The notes under the pieces were generated by a model. The model had not been told where the DNA came from. It did not search any database and worked only from the letters and a program-made list of their open reading frames with translations. Below, one piece after another: positions 60,819 through 64,000 of a stretch of DNA of 64,000 nucleotides (the stretch's first letter is position 1; each line of letters begins with the position of its first letter). Position numbers and translations under genes: made by a program. Source of the DNA: Candidatus Kapaibacterium sp. Lineage in GTDB: Bacteria > Bacteroidota > Ignavibacteria > Kapaibacteriales > UBA2268. The DNA lies in the NCBI GenBank assembly GCA_963664875.1, contig OY761611.1, positions 1,504,001 through 1,568,000 of the forward strand. Direction: 5' to 3'.

Positions 60819-61511
60819 ATGAATATACGATATGTCTTTGCGTTTTTGCTAATCTTTTTTGGTTCAGTGCTTCTGCTCGAAAAATTCGGAATCCTGAGCC
60901 TATTTGAATATCTATTTGATTGGTGGCCCACAGGTTTGATAGCTGTTGGTGCTTATATGCTTTGGAACGACAAATCATCTTGGATCACAGGATCTGTGAT
61001 TGTAACCATAGGAGTTATTCTTCAGGCTGACTATCTTAAAATATTGCCTGTCAGTCTGTGGGAAGCATTATGGCCGATAGTTCTGATTCTTACAGGTATT
61101 TACCTGATTAGCGGAAAGAGGAAATACGATAGTCACAAATTTTCGAAAAAGAAAGAAGCCTCAGACGGAGATACGGATAAATTAGAAGAAATTGCGGTGT
61201 TTTCCGGTATAAATAAAAGAATAAATAATCCAAACCTCAGCGGTGGAGATTTGTCCAGTATCTTTGGCGGCATAGAATTAGATTTAATTAATTCGGACTT
61301 TATTCGGAAAGAGATTGTTTTTGACGTATTTTGCATATTCGGTGGTGTCAAACTTTACATTCCTCCTACTTGGAATGTCGTAACAAATGGAGTCCCTATT
61401 TTCGGAGGTTTGAAAAACAACTCCAGACACCGCGAAGAAACAGATACAGAAAAACCTGTATTATATATCAACTATGTCGCTATTTTTGGCGGCATCGAAA
61501 TTGTTAATTAA
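60819..61511 (+). CDS. LiaF-like cell-wall-active antibiotic response membrane protein (DUF5668 + DUF2154-like)
   Basis: Four N-terminal TMs with WWP/LWP; repeated (I/V)FGG motifs, VKLYIPPTWNV. Confidence 0.8.
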   Translation: MNIRYVFAFLLIFFGSVLLLEKFGILSLFEYLFDWWPTGLIAVGAYMLWNDKSSWITGSVIVTIGVILQADYLKILPVSLWEALWPIVLILTGIYLISGKRKYDSHKFSKKKEASDGDTDKLEEIAVFSGINKRINNPNLSGGDLSSIFGGIELDLINSDFIRKEIVFDVFCIFGGVKLYIPPTWNVVTNGVPIFGGLKNNSRHREETDTEKPVLYINYVAIFGGIEIVN

Positions 61512-61526
61512 GAAGATAAAAGAATC

Positions 61527-62534
61527 ATGAGTGATACACAAGAAAAGAAACCTATAATTTTAAGTGGAATACAGCCTTCCGGCATTTTAACATTCGGACA
61601 CCTGACAGGAGCTTTGAAAAATTGGAACGAAATGCAGGAATCGCACGAGTGTTTTTTTATGATTGCAGATATGCACTCTATCACTGTCAGACAAAATCCC
61701 GCAGATCTTAGGAAAAGGACTCTCGACACTGCTGCAATGTTTCTTGCTGCAGGTATTGATCCCGAAAAAAGCTCTCTCTTTATACAAAGCCACGTTACAG
61801 AACATGCTCAGTTAGCCTGGGTACTTAATACTTTCACAGGTATGGGCGAATGTTCCCGCATGACTCAGTTTAAAGACAAATCAGCAAAACACTCTGAAAA
61901 TATAAATGTTGGTCTATTCTCTTACCCTGTGCTTATGGCAGCAGATATATTACTATATCAGGCGAACAGAGTACCGGTAGGCGAGGATCAAAAGCAACAT
62001 TTGGAGCTATCTCGAAACTTAGCTCAAAGATTTAATCATAACTACTCTGACACTTTTGTTGTTCCTGAGCCATACATACCTAAAGTGGGTGCAAGAATTA
62101 TGAGCCTACAGGAACCAACTAAAAAAATGTCCAAATCAGATGACAATGAGAACTCAATTCTTTATCTATCTGACCCTTATGATGTAGTTATCAAAAAAAT
62201 AAAAAGAGCAGTAACCGACTCTGATAGTGTGGTTAAATTTGATGATAATAAGCCGGGTGTTAGCAATTTGATGACACTATATCACGTCGCTACCGGTAAA
62301 TCATTTGCTGATATCGAAAAAGAATTTGACGGTAAGGGCTATGGTGACTTCAAAGCTGCTGTCGGCGAAGCAGTTGCTGAGTACCTCAAGCCTCTCAGAG
62401 AAAAATACGAATCTATCCGAAACGATAAAAAATATTTGGAAAGCGTGCTGACTGAAGGCGCTGATAAAGCAAGAAAACAAGCTTTCAAAACTCTAAGAAA
62501 AGTATATAAGAAAATTGGTTTTGTAAGTTTTTAA
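61527..62534 (+). CDS. trpS: Tryptophan--tRNA ligase
   Basis: SGIQPSG.LTFGH, YPVLMAADIL, VPVGEDQKQH, KMSKS. Confidence 0.98.
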   Translation: MSDTQEKKPIILSGIQPSGILTFGHLTGALKNWNEMQESHECFFMIADMHSITVRQNPADLRKRTLDTAAMFLAAGIDPEKSSLFIQSHVTEHAQLAWVLNTFTGMGECSRMTQFKDKSAKHSENINVGLFSYPVLMAADILLYQANRVPVGEDQKQHLELSRNLAQRFNHNYSDTFVVPEPYIPKVGARIMSLQEPTKKMSKSDDNENSILYLSDPYDVVIKKIKRAVTDSDSVVKFDDNKPGVSNLMTLYHVATGKSFADIEKEFDGKGYGDFKAAVGEAVAEYLKPLREKYESIRNDKKYLESVLTEGADKARKQAFKTLRKVYKKIGFVSF

Positions 62535-62571
62535 TTTTTTATGTTAAACTTTAAGGTGGGGCGAAAAGAAG

Positions 62572-62853
62572 ATGCCTACTTATGTTTATAAATGCAGGAA
62601 ATGCCAAAACGAATTCGAGTACAAACAAGGCATAAATGATGAAGCCTTGACAGAATGCGTTTTGACTGACGAAAACGGTGTGAAATGTGACGGCGAAGTG
62701 TTCCGCAAAATTTCCTCAAATGTAGGGTTGGTTTTTAACGGCAAAGGCTTTTATCAGACCGATTACACAAGCAAGAGCTCATCAGCTCCGGTGAGTGAAT
62801 CTGCTTCCTGCTCGACTCCTGCGTGTGCCTCTTGCGCTGCAGCAGGTAACTAA
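62572..62853 (+). CDS. FmdB family zinc-ribbon protein
   Basis: MPTYVYKCRKC, FNGKGFYQTDY, Cys-rich tail. Confidence 0.9.
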   Translation: MPTYVYKCRKCQNEFEYKQGINDEALTECVLTDENGVKCDGEVFRKISSNVGLVFNGKGFYQTDYTSKSSSAPVSESASCSTPACASCAAAGN

Positions 62854-62994
62854 GCTTATATTTTTTGGTAATGTATGACAGATTCAGCTTATCCCTGAGT
62901 TTAGCATTTACCAAATCAACAAATATTACTACAATAGAGACCGATACGGAGCAATCTTATCGGCCTCTTTTTGTTTTTGAAAATTTCCACAAGG

Positions 62995-64000
62995 ATGCAA
63001 TCCATGGCAAAACCAATGATAGATAAAGACTCAAAAATTTTTAAAGGACTCAATGCAGCACAAGCTGAAGCTGTAGCACATATCAACGGACCATTGCTGG
63101 TCGTTGCGGGTGCCGGCTCAGGTAAAACTCGTGTGCTTACGCATAGAATAGCTTGGCTCCTTGAAAATAACATTAAGCCATGGAATATACTTGCTCTCAC
63201 TTTCACTAATAAAGCTGCAGCCGAAATGGTAGAGCGAATATCCGGCATCGCTACACCTGAGGACGCATCAAAAATATGGGCAGGCACTTTTCACAGTATT
63301 TTCGCCAAAATCCTAAGATTTGAAGCAAAAGTATTGGGTTATACTTCCTCTTTCTCTATCTATGACTCTGATGACAGCCTTTCTTTACTAAAAAAAATAA
63401 TGAAAAGACTGGGTGTAGATACCAAGCAGACTAATCCTAATATGGTACGCTCGATCATTTCCTCAAACAAGAACAATATGAAATCTGCAGCAGAATATTC
63501 ACGAGAGGCTGCTTCAGGAAAAGAAAAACTAATTGCAATGCTTTATGACAATTACGAAAGAGACATAAGAGCAAATAATGCGATGGATTTTGACGATTTG
63601 CTGTTGAATATGATTCGTTTGCTGGAAAAATCTCAAGATATGCTTGATAAATATCAGGACAAATTTAGATATATTCTCGTCGATGAGTATCAGGATACTA
63701 ACAGAGCTCAATATGTGGTCATCAATAAACTTGCCAACAGATACAGAAATATCTGTGTTGTCGGCGATGATGCTCAATCAATTTACAAATGGCGCGGTGC
63801 AGATATTCGTAATATACTCGATTTCCAAAAAGACTACCACGATGGAAAAGTTGTTCGACTTGAACAGAATTACCGCTCAACTAAAACAATAATAGAAGCT
63901 GCCGATTCTGTTATAGCTCATAATAAAAACCAAATACCCAAAAAGCTATGGACAGAAAATGTTGATGGTGAAAAAATACATGTACTCGCCTCAGCTGACG
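62995..64000 (+). CDS. pcrA: ATP-dependent DNA helicase PcrA/UvrD (partial, runs off the window; not in the ORF track)
   Basis: Manual translation: LNAAQAEAV..GPLLVVAGAGSGKTRVLTHRIA, LTFTNKAA, GTFHS, VDEYQDTN, VGDDAQSIYKWRGA, LEQNYRS. Start could be 62995, 63004 or 63016. Confidence 0.95.
   Translation, partial: MQSMAKPMIDKDSKIFKGLNAAQAEAVAHINGPLLVVAGAGSGKTRVLTHRIAWLLENNIKPWNILALTFTNKAAAEMVERISGIATPEDASKIWAGTFHSIFAKILRFEAKVLGYTSSFSIYDSDDSLSLLKKIMKRLGVDTKQTNPNMVRSIISSNKNNMKSAAEYSREAASGKEKLIAMLYDNYERDIRANNAMDFDDLLLNMIRLLEKSQDMLDKYQDKFRYILVDEYQDTNRAQYVVINKLANRYRNICVVGDDAQSIYKWRGADIRNILDFQKDYHDGKVVRLEQNYRSTKTIIEAADSVIAHNKNQIPKKLWTENVDGEKIHVLASAD

Noticed and set aside
115-63892. Numerous 60-160 aa ORFs antisense to or nested in long genes (e.g. 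1680-2123, 36652-37143, 62916-63287, 63644-63892)
   Set aside because: Shadow ORFs of well-supported genes, with no motifs or RBS; those beyond 62995 lie within pcrA/uvrD.

Overview
A 64-kb, AT-rich, gene-dense stretch of bacterial core chromosome. I found no rRNA, tRNA, CRISPR array, prophage or IS element. Four proteins end in T9SS type-A sorting domains, a chemoreceptor is present, and many genes have GGAG Shine-Dalgarno sites. Together these suggest a Bacteroidota/Chlorobiota-group organism such as Ignavibacteria or Kapabacteria (inference). Housekeeping genes are rho, dnaB, trpS, trmB, deaD, deoC, purine nucleoside phosphorylase, yggS, radC, cutA, hutI, amt, a lolC/E-type permease, rlpA, and a pcrA/uvrD helicase cut off at the right edge and missing from the ORF track. 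The most interesting items are: (1) two duplicated lipoprotein alkaline phosphatases with non-E. coli active-site residues flanking a YibE/F membrane protein of unknown function; (2) a cytoplasmic LRR protein apparently co-transcribed with a 57-aa HTH-like protein; (3) an unannotated stand-alone 28-aa hydrophobic peptide gene; (4) a 1373-aa chemoreceptor with about 16 HAMP-like units; (5) a double-HD hydrolase translationally coupled to a TPR histidine kinase with an atypical H-box; (6) T9SS cargos carrying C-type lectin or Ig-like domains; (7) a 5x15-bp tandem repeat. All calls come from reading motifs by eye; no database search was run, so novelty is unverified.
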